DNA of 64,000 nt from Turneriella sp. GTDB lineage: Bacteria > Spirochaetota > Leptospiria > Turneriellales > Turneriellaceae. The DNA is taken from the NCBI GenBank assembly GCA_965279515.1, contig CBDIID010000003.1, positions 1,856,001-1,920,000 on the forward strand, written 5' to 3'. Below are positions 37,709 through 46,913 of this stretch, piece after piece. How positions within the stretch are numbered: the stretch's first letter is position 1; every line of letters starts with the position of its first letter. The translations under genes were made by a program, and so were the position numbers. The notes below the pieces were generated by a model. It saw only the letters and a program-made list of their open reading frames with translations, made no database searches and was not told the DNA's origin.

Positions 37709-39495
37709 GCGCTGCCGACGGGAGTCCTTCTATCATCCGCGCTCTGCCGGCGATCATCGCCTTCGCGCAATTCTTTCATCTTTTTCATGATCTCGACATA
37801 GGTGCCGTATTTATCGCGGAAGTCCTGGTACGAGTAGATATAATACTCATAACCCTGCTCCGTGAGAAACAGCTGGCGGTTACGGCAGAATTGTTCTTCG
37901 CTCGATTCGTTCGTGATGACTGAATAAAAGAGCGCCTGGTTGCCGTTCTGCTTGGGACGCAGTACGCGGCCCAAACGCTGCGCCTCTTCTTGCCGGCTAC
38001 CGAACGTGCCCGAAATCTGGATAGCCACATTGGCGTCCGGGAGGTCGATCGAGAAGTTGGCAACCTTCGAAACAACGAGTGCACTGATCTGCTTCGTGCG
38101 GAAAGCCTCATAGAGCCGAGCGCGTTCGTCAAGGTGCGTCTTACCCGTGATAAGCGGAATCTTGAAACGCGCGGACACGCGCTGCAGCTGATCGAGGTAT
38201 TGCCCGATCACCAGCACCTGGTCGTTGCGGTGGTGGTACAGCAGCGTGCCGATAACACGCGTCTTCTCCGGATTTTCAGACGACAGACGGAATTTTTCGC
38301 GGTCGTCGGCAACCGAATACATACCGCGCATCAGGGAACGCAGCGGTGTGCGTATTTCGACGCAGCGCGCTTCGGCGATCCATTTTTTCTTCTCGAGCTC
38401 TTTCCAGGGCACGTCGTACTTTTTGGGGCCAATGAGCGAAAACACGTCTTCTTCGAGACCGTCTTCGCGCACCAGTGTGGCGGTGAGGCCCAAACGGCGC
38501 TTCGCCTGCAGCTCGCTCGTCATTCTGAAGACCGGCGCCGGTAAAAGGTGCACCTCATCATAGACGATAAAACCCCAGTTATTCGAAGAGAACAGGTGGA
38601 AGTGCGTGAACTCCCCGCCTTTTTTCTTACGGTGCGTGAGAATGTTATATGTCGCGATCGTAATCGGTTTGATCTCTTTTTTGTCGCCTGAATATTCACC
38701 GATGTCGCTTTCGGGAATCGTCGTCTTGTCGAGAATCTCAGTTTTCCACTGGCGGATCGACAGCGTGTTGGTGACGAGAATCAGCGTCTGCGCGCCGACC
38801 GCATGCATCGCACCGATGCCGACAATCGTCTTACCGGCACCGCAGGGCAGCACAACCACCCCCGAACCGCCTTCGACGCTGCCGTCGGCGTAAAACGCCT
38901 TGATCGAAGATTCCTGGTAGTCGCGGATGATAAACTCATTGCCGCTCGTCAGTTTTTGTTTCAGGTCGAATTTGAAATCGTTACCCTTCTCATAACCCGC
39001 GAGGTCCTCGACCGGATAGCCGATCTTAATGAGAGCCTGTTTTATATGGCCGCGGAAATCCGCTTTGACATAAACTTCATTCGGGGTCTTGGGACCTTCG
39101 ATATAAGGCTGAACTTTTTTGTTGCGGATGACCTCTGCAATATAGCGCGCATCCGCCGATTTGAGAATCAGGTCACCGCGGTCGTCGCGCTCCAGTTTCA
39201 GCTTGCCATAACGGCCGATCTGCGTATAGACATCGGCGCTGACAGCCTGCGGCACAGGATATTTGGAATATTTATAGAGGGCGTCGACAATCTGCTCGGC
39301 CTTGAGCTTTGACGCCGCCGCATTCCACAGCGAAAGCGGGGTGATGCGGTAGGTATGCAGGTACTCGGGCGACTTCTCTAGCTCGGCGAAGCGCGAGATC
39401 TCTGTACGGCAATCCTCAAATTTCGGATGGTCTACTTCGAGAAGCAGAGTCTTATCCGATTGAACAATGAGCGGTTTTTCATCTAAATCTGCCAC
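37705..39495 (-). CDS. xpb: DNA repair helicase XPB (Rad25/Ssl2-like)
   Basis: PLIVQSD, PLSLWNA, LPCGAGKT, DEVH, GLTATLVRED, GSRQEEAQRLGR; GTG start after AGGAG. Confidence 0.95.
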   Translation of the reverse strand: MADLDEKPLIVQSDKTLLLEVDHPKFEDCRTEISRFAELEKSPEYLHTYRITPLSLWNAAASKLKAEQIVDALYKYSKYPVPQAVSADVYTQIGRYGKLKLERDDRGDLILKSADARYIAEVIRNKKVQPYIEGPKTPNEVYVKADFRGHIKQALIKIGYPVEDLAGYEKGNDFKFDLKQKLTSGNEFIIRDYQESSIKAFYADGSVEGGSGVVVLPCGAGKTIVGIGAMHAVGAQTLILVTNTLSIRQWKTEILDKTTIPESDIGEYSGDKKEIKPITIATYNILTHRKKKGGEFTHFHLFSSNNWGFIVYDEVHLLPAPVFRMTSELQAKRRLGLTATLVREDGLEEDVFSLIGPKKYDVPWKELEKKKWIAEARCVEIRTPLRSLMRGMYSVADDREKFRLSSENPEKTRVIGTLLYHHRNDQVLVIGQYLDQLQRVSARFKIPLITGKTHLDERARLYEAFRTKQISALVVSKVANFSIDLPDANVAIQISGTFGSRQEEAQRLGRVLRPKQNGNQALFYSVITNESSEEQFCRNRQLFLTEQGYEYYIYSYQDFRDKYGTYVEIMKKMKELREGDDRRQSADDRRTPVGSA

Positions 39496-39678
39496 GTTGT
39501 CTCCTTTCCGGTTTTCGTTGATCACCCTCGGGCGCGAAAATCAGGGCGTTTAGGCGTTGAGGTCAAAGACACCCTGTAAAGGAGAATATAAGAGGCATTT
39601 TTCTTCGCGGCGAGTTAATGCGAACCGCATTAAATGGCTAATGGCTTTTCGTTGTGTTAAATTATAAGGTTTCGACAT

Positions 39679-40155
39679 ATGCGCTCTTTTATCTTTATTA
39701 TAGCCCTATTTGCTGCAACGACTGGGGCTGTGACCGCCACGCGCGCCAACCAACAGGGGCATTTGGGCCTGGGCGGTATTATTGGCGAGCCAACGGGTGC
39801 CTCGATCAAGTACGTCATCGACGAACTCTTTGCGGTGCAGGGTGCCGTGGGCCTGAGTATCATCGAAAAGGGTTTTTGGCTCGGTGCGGATTTCCTGCTG
39901 CAGTTCCGCAATGTCTTCACCCAGGACGGCCGCTGGCCACTCTATGTCGGCGGCGGCATTATCATCCAGGATCGCGGTAACAGTGGGAAAACCAACAAGG
40001 GTGAAACTTCGCTGGGCCTGCGCGCCGTCGCCGGTGTGGAGTTCCATGCGCTGGAGAGACTTTCGATTTTTGGCGAAGTTTCGGTTCAACCGTTTATTAT
40101 TCCTTCTATCGACTTTGGCGTTGGCCTCGGTGTCGGCGCACGCTACTGGCTGTAA
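39679..40155 (+). CDS. Small outer-membrane beta-barrel (DUF3996-like)
   Basis: Signal peptide; GLGGIIGEPTGASIK; ends GARYWL. Confidence 0.8.
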   Translation: MRSFIFIIALFAATTGAVTATRANQQGHLGLGGIIGEPTGASIKYVIDELFAVQGAVGLSIIEKGFWLGADFLLQFRNVFTQDGRWPLYVGGGIIIQDRGNSGKTNKGETSLGLRAVAGVEFHALERLSIFGEVSVQPFIIPSIDFGVGLGVGARYWL

Positions 40156-40167
40156 ACTTGAGATAAA

Positions 40168-40183
40168 ATAAACCGCGGTTTAT
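40168..40183. promoter_or_regulatory. Perfect 16-bp palindrome ATAAACCGCGGTTTAT
   Basis: Lies 55 nt upstream of the tandem-RHH gene. Confidence 0.5.
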
Positions 40184-40238
40184 GCATTAGCAGTGAGAAA
40201 AAACCGCCGGTGTTTGGTATTTCATAAGCAGAGGCGCC

Positions 40239-40823
40239 ATGAAGTACATCCATCCCCTGCACCACAGGAAAACATCTATATCGCTACCCCGCGCATCCTA
40301 CCGCCGCCTTTGCGCCGCGCGCAAAATCTTCGCCCGCAACGGTATCCGCTATTCCGAGCAGGAAATCTACCGGCGCCTGTTCAAGCTCTTCCTTAAAAAC
40401 TGGCGCGGCCGCGGCCTTAAAACCAACAGTTTGCGGCGCTACAACGCCGCGGGGAAGGCTTTTGAAATCCACCCGCTCTATATCAACCAGGTTCTCTATG
40501 CGACCCTCTGGCAGCGTGCACTGCATTCCGGTGAATCCATATCGCGTATGCTGGATGTGGCTATTCGCGTCTATCTGCCGCAGCTTTTGGAGAGCTTATT
40601 GTATTCGCCACGGCCTTCGGTCACTTTAGACCAGAATGCCCGTTATTGGACGGAACGCTACCGCAACCGAAGATCTCAATCCCCGGACTTTTTCATTAAC
40701 TACCTATGTCGGACGAAGATGAATGACCAGCACGGTCTCGAATATTCGCAAAATACAGAGATTATTTCCAAAGCGGGGCTTTCCCCGATGCAGATCTGGG
40801 ATTTGTTACACAAAGCCGCCTGA
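40239..40823 (+). CDS. DUF1564-like tandem ribbon-helix-helix protein
   Basis: KTSISLP...YRRL and PLYINQVLYATLWQRALHSGESISRMLDVAI, two RHH-like units; basic protein. Confidence 0.6.
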   Translation: MKYIHPLHHRKTSISLPRASYRRLCAARKIFARNGIRYSEQEIYRRLFKLFLKNWRGRGLKTNSLRRYNAAGKAFEIHPLYINQVLYATLWQRALHSGESISRMLDVAIRVYLPQLLESLLYSPRPSVTLDQNARYWTERYRNRRSQSPDFFINYLCRTKMNDQHGLEYSQNTEIISKAGLSPMQIWDLLHKAA

Positions 40824-40912
40824 ACAGCATTCTGCAAGACCCATCAGCCCAAGCTAACGGCACAAGCACGGTAAATTCCTTGCCTTCGTGTCGCAGAGCG
40901 CCTCAACGGGCG

Positions 40913-42541
40913 ATGCGAAAAATCTGGCGTAATGTCTACCGGTGGGGCGATACCGAAAAAAAAATCGATCACACGATTGAACACCATATCAATCATTTTA
41001 AACACCTGCTCAGCATCGAGGGCGAAACCCATGACCTGCCCTTAAATGCGAACGGCGGCGAAGAAGTCAAACTGACCAAGCGCAGCCGCCTCAGCCGCAC
41101 GGCGCTGCGCGATCTCATGCGCTTTGTCGGCAGCGACAATGTCATGGTCGATGACTATGCGCGCGCAAAACACTCCTTCGGCAAATATTACGGCGACATT
41201 GTGCGCATGCGCCTGGGCAAAATCGCCAACCCGCCCGACGCCGTCGTCTGCCCGCGCACCGAAGAAGATATCATCAAGGTAGTTAACTATTGCCACCTGA
41301 AAAAGATCGCCATCATTCCCTGGGGTGGAGGCACCTCGGTGACGCGCGCCCTCGAAGCCGACAAAGGCGGCATTGCACTCGACCTCACGCGGCATTTCAA
41401 AGACATTCTGTCGTTGAATGCTGAAGACTCGACTGTCACCGTCGAGTCGGGCATTCTCGGCCCCGATCTCGAGCTCTACCTCAACGAGCGCGGTTATACC
41501 TGCGGTCATTTTCCACAGTCATTTGAATTTGCCACCGTTGGGGGTTGGGTCGCCGCGCGTGGCGCGGGGCAGGCGTCGACGGGTTATGGCCGCATCGAAG
41601 ATATCCTGGTGGGATTACGCGCCGTGACGCCTGCGGGCCTCATCTCCTGCGGAAACTATCCCGCCGCTTCCGTGGGGGGAGACATACGCCATTTTATCAT
41701 GGGCAGCGAAGGCACGCTCGGTGTCATCAGCCGTGTGACGATTCGTGTGCGCAAATACAATGCCGCGAACGCCGTCATGAAATCGTACATGTTCAAATCT
41801 TTCGAAGCCGCGGTCGCGGCGATGCGGCAGATGATGCAGTCACAGGTACATCCGCCTCATTTCTTTCGTATTTCAGACCCCGAAGAAACCGAGATAGGTC
41901 TCGGCATGAAAGGAAAAGACAAGGGCATCGCGGGGGCATTCCTCAACTTCATGGGTTTCAAAAAGGGCGGCCGCTCGCTGATGTATGCAATCTTCGAAGG
42001 CGACTCTAAACAATCCAAAGTCGGCGAGCGGACGCTCGGCAAGATCGCGCGCAAGAATGGCGGTCTGTCACTGGGCAGCTATGCGACACGCAAATGGCTC
42101 GAACAACGCTATTCATCCGCCTACATGCGCGACCCGATGATGGACGCGGGCATACGCATTGACACGATCGAGACCTCGGTGCATTATTCGCGCCTGGTCG
42201 AGCTCTGGGAAGCGGTGCGTAAGTATATCAAACAAGACGGGCACACGCTTTGCCTGACGCATATTTCGCACACCTATGAAACCGGTGCAAACCTCTACTT
42301 CATCTTTGCCTCGCCGATGCTGCAAAAAGATGAACTGACACAGTTTGAGAAATTCCATAAGGGAATCGTGGCGACATTTATCGCGCATGGCGGCACGCTC
42401 TCGCACCACCACGGTGTCGGTCGTCTCGTCGCCGATGCTTTGGGTCAGCAGCATTCACCGGCGACGCTGGCGGCATGGCGGGCAGTGAAAAAGACACTGG
42501 ATCCCAAAGGTATCATGAATCCCGGAGCGTTGATTTTCTAG
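40913..42541 (+). CDS. FAD-linked oxidoreductase, alkyl-DHAP synthase-like
   Basis: WGGGTSV, GHFPQSFEFATVGGW, GSEGTLGVI, HISHTY..GANLYF, SHHHGVG, DPKGIMNPG. Confidence 0.88.
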   Translation: MRKIWRNVYRWGDTEKKIDHTIEHHINHFKHLLSIEGETHDLPLNANGGEEVKLTKRSRLSRTALRDLMRFVGSDNVMVDDYARAKHSFGKYYGDIVRMRLGKIANPPDAVVCPRTEEDIIKVVNYCHLKKIAIIPWGGGTSVTRALEADKGGIALDLTRHFKDILSLNAEDSTVTVESGILGPDLELYLNERGYTCGHFPQSFEFATVGGWVAARGAGQASTGYGRIEDILVGLRAVTPAGLISCGNYPAASVGGDIRHFIMGSEGTLGVISRVTIRVRKYNAANAVMKSYMFKSFEAAVAAMRQMMQSQVHPPHFFRISDPEETEIGLGMKGKDKGIAGAFLNFMGFKKGGRSLMYAIFEGDSKQSKVGERTLGKIARKNGGLSLGSYATRKWLEQRYSSAYMRDPMMDAGIRIDTIETSVHYSRLVELWEAVRKYIKQDGHTLCLTHISHTYETGANLYFIFASPMLQKDELTQFEKFHKGIVATFIAHGGTLSHHHGVGRLVADALGQQHSPATLAAWRAVKKTLDPKGIMNPGALIF

Positions 42542-42552
42542 ACGAACCAGTA

Positions 42553-44316
42553 ATGAGCACGCTGCTGCGGTGGTGGAAGGGAGTCAGCGAGGTGGGCGTA
42601 ATTTACGCCCCCGATGTGCTCCATCAGAAACTGATTCGGCTGCAAAACCGGATCGCCTTTTTCTCGATCTGCCTGGTGGCGATTCAATCGGTACTTTTTT
42701 ACCGCATGGGGCTGACCTATGTCGTACTCGTCAACGCCGCAGCGATTCTGGGTTTTTTATCCTGCTTTGTCATGAATGCTGTGGGAGCCCTCACGCTCTC
42801 GCGGTTTTTTTATATCAGTATCGCGCTGTTTACCGTCACACACCACCATCTCTACTTCGGCCATCAGGCAGGTTTCTGGTTGTTCCTGCTGAATCTCACG
42901 CAGGCGGGCTTTATCCTGTTTCCCCAACTCAGCATGCGCCAATTGCTCATGGTTGGGATACTGATTTCCGCGGGACTCATCGGTCTGGTGTTGTGGAGCA
43001 TGAGCGTTCCCCCGCTCTACGATGGCATGAACACCGCACTCGGACTACAATTGTTTCGCAACAACCTGATCCGCAGTCCCATTCTGCTGGTGCTGGTGGC
43101 TTATTATCTTGTCGCCGAAAACCGCAGCTCTGAAGCAGAGCTGGTATTTTCGGCCAGTAAGGAGGCCGAAGCGGCAAAGGCGAAATCCTTTTTTCTTTCG
43201 AATATTTCCCACGAACTGCGCACGCCGATGAATGCCATCAAGGGTTTTTCGGAAATCCTCTATGAGCAGTGCAACGCCATCCGCGACGAAAGGATGCAGA
43301 TCCAGTTCAAGGAGCACCTCGGCCAGATACGTATTTCATCGGCGAACCTGACTTCGATCATCGACGACCTGCTCGATTTCGCGCGTATCGAATCGGGGCG
43401 CATCGCCTTTCGCAGCAATGACTTTGACCTGCAGGAGGTCGCACAGAATACGATGCATACCGCCGAATTTTACGGCCACCGCGGCAAGGGCATAGAAACC
43501 CGGTTAACCCTCGAGCCGAACCTGCCGCGCGTGCTCAAGGGCGATGCCGCGCGGCTCAGCCAGATACTGCTGAACCTCGTCGGCAATGCCATGAAGTTTA
43601 CCCACAAGGGACATGTCGAATTACGCATCAGCCTGAGAGAAGAAAGTCAAAGCGCCTATAGAATCAACTTCGAGGTTGAAGATACCGGGATCGGTATTCC
43701 AGGTGAAAAACTGCCCTATTTGTTCGATAGCCTGTCACCGGTCTCACGCGAAACCGCAATCCGTTATGGTGGCATGGGCCTTGGGCTGGCAATTTCAAAA
43801 AATCTCGTCGAAATGCAGGGCGGATCCATCACCGTGATGAGTAGCCCCGGCAAGGGCGCGCTCTTTACCGTCGACCTGTGGTTTGAAAAGGGCGGCAACG
43901 CGGCGGCTGCCGAGAAGACCGCAGGGCGCGATCTTAAGCGCGCAAAGATTCTCGTCGCCGAAGACAACGATGTAAACCAGATTCTTGTGCAGACGCTGCT
44001 CGAATCGTGGAATGCCGATATCGAGATCGTCGAGAACGGGCTCAAGGCGCTGGGCGAAGCACAAAAAAACAGCTATGACCTCATTCTGATGGATCTACAG
44101 ATGCCGTTTATGGACGGCATCGAAGCCTGCGAGCAGATTCGCCTGCTCGACGACAAGGGAAAATCCTCGGTACCCATCATTGCGCTGACGGCAGATGTGC
44201 TCAGCGAAACGCGCCGCAAGGTATTTGCCGTCGGCATGAATGATATTGTCACTAAGCCGATTAACCAGGCCGAGCTTTATGCAGCGCTCAGGAAAGGTCT
44301 GAATCTGAAGGAATAA
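42553..44316 (+). CDS. Membrane hybrid histidine kinase (HisKA-HATPase-REC)
   Basis: TMs; SHELRTPMN, NLVGNAMKFT, DTGIG, GLGLAI, MDLQMP. Confidence 0.95.
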   Translation: MSTLLRWWKGVSEVGVIYAPDVLHQKLIRLQNRIAFFSICLVAIQSVLFYRMGLTYVVLVNAAAILGFLSCFVMNAVGALTLSRFFYISIALFTVTHHHLYFGHQAGFWLFLLNLTQAGFILFPQLSMRQLLMVGILISAGLIGLVLWSMSVPPLYDGMNTALGLQLFRNNLIRSPILLVLVAYYLVAENRSSEAELVFSASKEAEAAKAKSFFLSNISHELRTPMNAIKGFSEILYEQCNAIRDERMQIQFKEHLGQIRISSANLTSIIDDLLDFARIESGRIAFRSNDFDLQEVAQNTMHTAEFYGHRGKGIETRLTLEPNLPRVLKGDAARLSQILLNLVGNAMKFTHKGHVELRISLREESQSAYRINFEVEDTGIGIPGEKLPYLFDSLSPVSRETAIRYGGMGLGLAISKNLVEMQGGSITVMSSPGKGALFTVDLWFEKGGNAAAAEKTAGRDLKRAKILVAEDNDVNQILVQTLLESWNADIEIVENGLKALGEAQKNSYDLILMDLQMPFMDGIEACEQIRLLDDKGKSSVPIIALTADVLSETRRKVFAVGMNDIVTKPINQAELYAALRKGLNLKE

Positions 44317-45340
44317 CTTCTGCTGCGGCGGCACTTAAATGTTTCTGCACCTCGCCATAGACCTGGTCGGCAGTGAGCTCGCGGGCGCAGCGGAAATGTT
44401 TTTTGGGACAGGCATCGAGCCCTTTATGGTTGCAGGGCCGGCAGGGGATGTTGCGTGCCGCCAAAACCTCGGCGTTTTTACCCAACGGAAAAAAACCGAA
44501 TTCTTCTACGGTGCTCAGGAACAGCGCAATCAGCGGGGTTTGGGCGGCCGATAACAGGTGCATGAGGCCGCTATCGTTGCAGACAATTACCTGGGCGGCG
44601 TCGGCAAGCGCCGCCATCTGGCCGACGTCGAGCTGCCCGGCGAGAAACAGCATGCGTTTCATATGCCGGCTCAGGTAAGGATGTTTTGTTAAGAATCCGA
44701 ACAGTTCGGTTTCGTCGGGGCCGCCCAGCCAGATGATTTTTTTAGCCGGGTGTTTCTCGAGTATTTTTGAAGCCAGCGAAACAAAATATTCTTCAGGCCA
44801 CCTTTTTGTCGCCCAACGTGCGCCTGGCGCAATGAGGATAGCCCCTTCGGCAAAACGCACCAACGGTTTCAGGAGTTTGCCGCGTTTCAGCGTAACGCCT
44901 TCTGTCAGCGGTTTATCGTCGAGATCGTGGATTGCCTCAAGGTAACGTTCGCTGATTTTCTTTTTTTCTGTATAACGGTTCTTCTTGAGATAAACCAGCA
45001 GAAGCCGGTTCAGGTATGGCTTATGGTAGCGCCGCTTGAGCCCGGCATCGAGCAGCAGCGAAAGTATGCGGGTTTTCAGGTTGCTCTGCAGATCGACGAG
45101 CAGGTCGAAACGCACTCCCAACGCCGCGATCTTTTTCTTTGCATCAAACAGACCCTCGCCAGGCTTCCACTGAATCAGCTCATTGACATCGGGCGAGGCC
45201 GCAACGAAGGCCGCATATTTTTCTTTCACAAGAAAATGAATTCGCGCTTCGGGATAGAGTTTCCTGAGGCGCGCCAAAACCGGCGTTGTCAGCAGTACAT
45301 CCCCGATGGCGCTGAGGCGTATGACGAGAATATTTTTCAT
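44288..45340 (-). CDS. Glycosyltransferase family 9 (heptosyltransferase-like)
   Basis: RLSAIGDVLLTTP, PGARWATKRWP, NDSGLMH, CRPC. Confidence 0.92.
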   Translation of the reverse strand: MKNILVIRLSAIGDVLLTTPVLARLRKLYPEARIHFLVKEKYAAFVAASPDVNELIQWKPGEGLFDAKKKIAALGVRFDLLVDLQSNLKTRILSLLLDAGLKRRYHKPYLNRLLLVYLKKNRYTEKKKISERYLEAIHDLDDKPLTEGVTLKRGKLLKPLVRFAEGAILIAPGARWATKRWPEEYFVSLASKILEKHPAKKIIWLGGPDETELFGFLTKHPYLSRHMKRMLFLAGQLDVGQMAALADAAQVIVCNDSGLMHLLSAAQTPLIALFLSTVEEFGFFPLGKNAEVLAARNIPCRPCNHKGLDACPKKHFRCARELTADQVYGEVQKHLSAAAAEVIPSDSDLS

Positions 45341-45963
45341 GCGGCGATTGCCTCGCTCAAAGCATCGAAGTCGGCCGCCAGCAGCGCCCCGGTTTTTTCG
45401 ATGACCGTCGCTTCGGGGCGCGCGCGCCGGAACAAGGTCATTGCCGCGCCATAACGTCTCGCGATCTGGGAGAGTTTCAGCTCGCTCTCAAAGACGTCGA
45501 GTGCGGCGCGGCCGCTGAGGCGTTCGAGTGCATCTTTCACAGGTAGGTTCAGGAAAATGACGGTATCCGGCGTCAAGATGCGCGTATTCGCGAGGTAATC
45601 CGCCATAATTTTTTCGGTTTCGGCGACTGAAGCTGCCTGGTATGCCGCCGTCGATAAAAAATAACGGTCGAGCAGCACGACCGCGCCCGAGGCGAGAGCC
45701 GGCTTGATTTGGTTCTCAATATCCCAGATGCGGTCGATGAGAAAAAGATCGAGCAACTCGCGGCTGATGCGTTCGTTGATTTCCTTAACGGTTCTCAGAA
45801 TCCGGCGGATTTCGCGCGACGCGTCAGTTTTTTCCGTCGGCTCGCGCAGCATCACGGCATTCACTCCCCTGAGCGAAAGGCGTTTATGGATCTCGAGCGC
45901 GGCTGTGCTTTTACCGCTGCCATCAATCCCCTCAAAAACCACGAAGCGCCCTTGTTGTGACAT
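45337..45963 (-). CDS. tmk: Thymidylate kinase
   Basis: FEGIDGSGKST, REP, DRYFLST.AYQ. Confidence 0.93.
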   Translation of the reverse strand: MSQQGRFVVFEGIDGSGKSTAALEIHKRLSLRGVNAVMLREPTEKTDASREIRRILRTVKEINERISRELLDLFLIDRIWDIENQIKPALASGAVVLLDRYFLSTAAYQAASVAETEKIMADYLANTRILTPDTVIFLNLPVKDALERLSGRAALDVFESELKLSQIARRYGAAMTLFRRARPEATVIEKTGALLAADFDALSEAIAA

Positions 45964-46793
45964 CAGCCGCTGATGCCTTTCATGAGACCCCATTTCCACA
46001 TGCGCGAGACGGCGAAGTCTAACGTTTCAGGCGCGAGTTTTTTTGCAAAATACATCGCCTGCGCATCTTCTGCCGAAGGCATGATGGCGATATTTTTGCG
46101 GATGGCCTTCATGGCATCGCGCGCGATGCGGTCGGGTGATATGCCGCGCTTCGCGTAAAACTCGGCGATGCCCTGCTTCGCCGTCGCTTCGGCAGTGCGC
46201 ATTCTGCCGGCGTTGATGATATTCGTATTCACAATACCCGGGCAGAGTGCACTGACGCCGATATCGTGCTTATGGAGTTCGAGGCGAAGCGATTCGGCAA
46301 ACCCGGTCATGGCATATTTGGTCATGCAGTAGGCGCTCATCGCCGGTGCGGGCACAAGGCCTGCGATACTGCTTGTAATCAGCACGTGACCTGGTTTTTT
46401 CTGCTCCATCATCTTTGGTATAAAGAGCTGCGCCATAAAAATATTCGCCCAGAGATTACGGTCGATAATCCAGCGCCAGTCGTCGAAGGTCATTTTTTCA
46501 ATGGGTGATCCGAGCCCCACACCGACATTGAGGCAGAGAATCTGCGGTGTGCCGTTTTTCTCAGAATATAATTTCAGGAATTTTTCGTTCTCGGCCTCAA
46601 GGGTGTGGTCCACTTTAAAGGAAGAATTACCGCCAGCGATGGCGTTGAGCTCAGACAAAACACTTGTTAACTTTTCTTCGTTGATGTCCGTGATGGTGAC
46701 GGATGCACCTTCTCGGGCCAGCGCCAGCGCGAGGCTGCGGCCGATACCCGAGGCCCCCCCGGTAACAATCGCTGAAGCGCCCCGGATTTCCAT
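45963..46793 (-). CDS. Short-chain dehydrogenase/reductase
   Basis: TGGASGIG, SSIAG, YCMTK, CPG. Confidence 0.93.
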   Translation of the reverse strand: MEIRGASAIVTGGASGIGRSLALALAREGASVTITDINEEKLTSVLSELNAIAGGNSSFKVDHTLEAENEKFLKLYSEKNGTPQILCLNVGVGLGSPIEKMTFDDWRWIIDRNLWANIFMAQLFIPKMMEQKKPGHVLITSSIAGLVPAPAMSAYCMTKYAMTGFAESLRLELHKHDIGVSALCPGIVNTNIINAGRMRTAEATAKQGIAEFYAKRGISPDRIARDAMKAIRKNIAIMPSAEDAQAMYFAKKLAPETLDFAVSRMWKWGLMKGISG

Positions 46794-46913
46794 ACGTCGA
46801 AAAGAAAATTTGCAACGCGCGATACAGCATAAAAGCTAAATGGATTTTTGCGGCGCATACCAGCTTTTAGCGGATTTCAGTTGCACCACTGTTCCACTGT
46901 TTTATTTACGCCG

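Noticed and set aside
40850..40880. AGCTAAC...GCACAAGC...GGTAAATTCC resembling pieces of the attC-like element
   Set aside because: Matches are only 8-10 nt with no pairing arms; compatible with chance.
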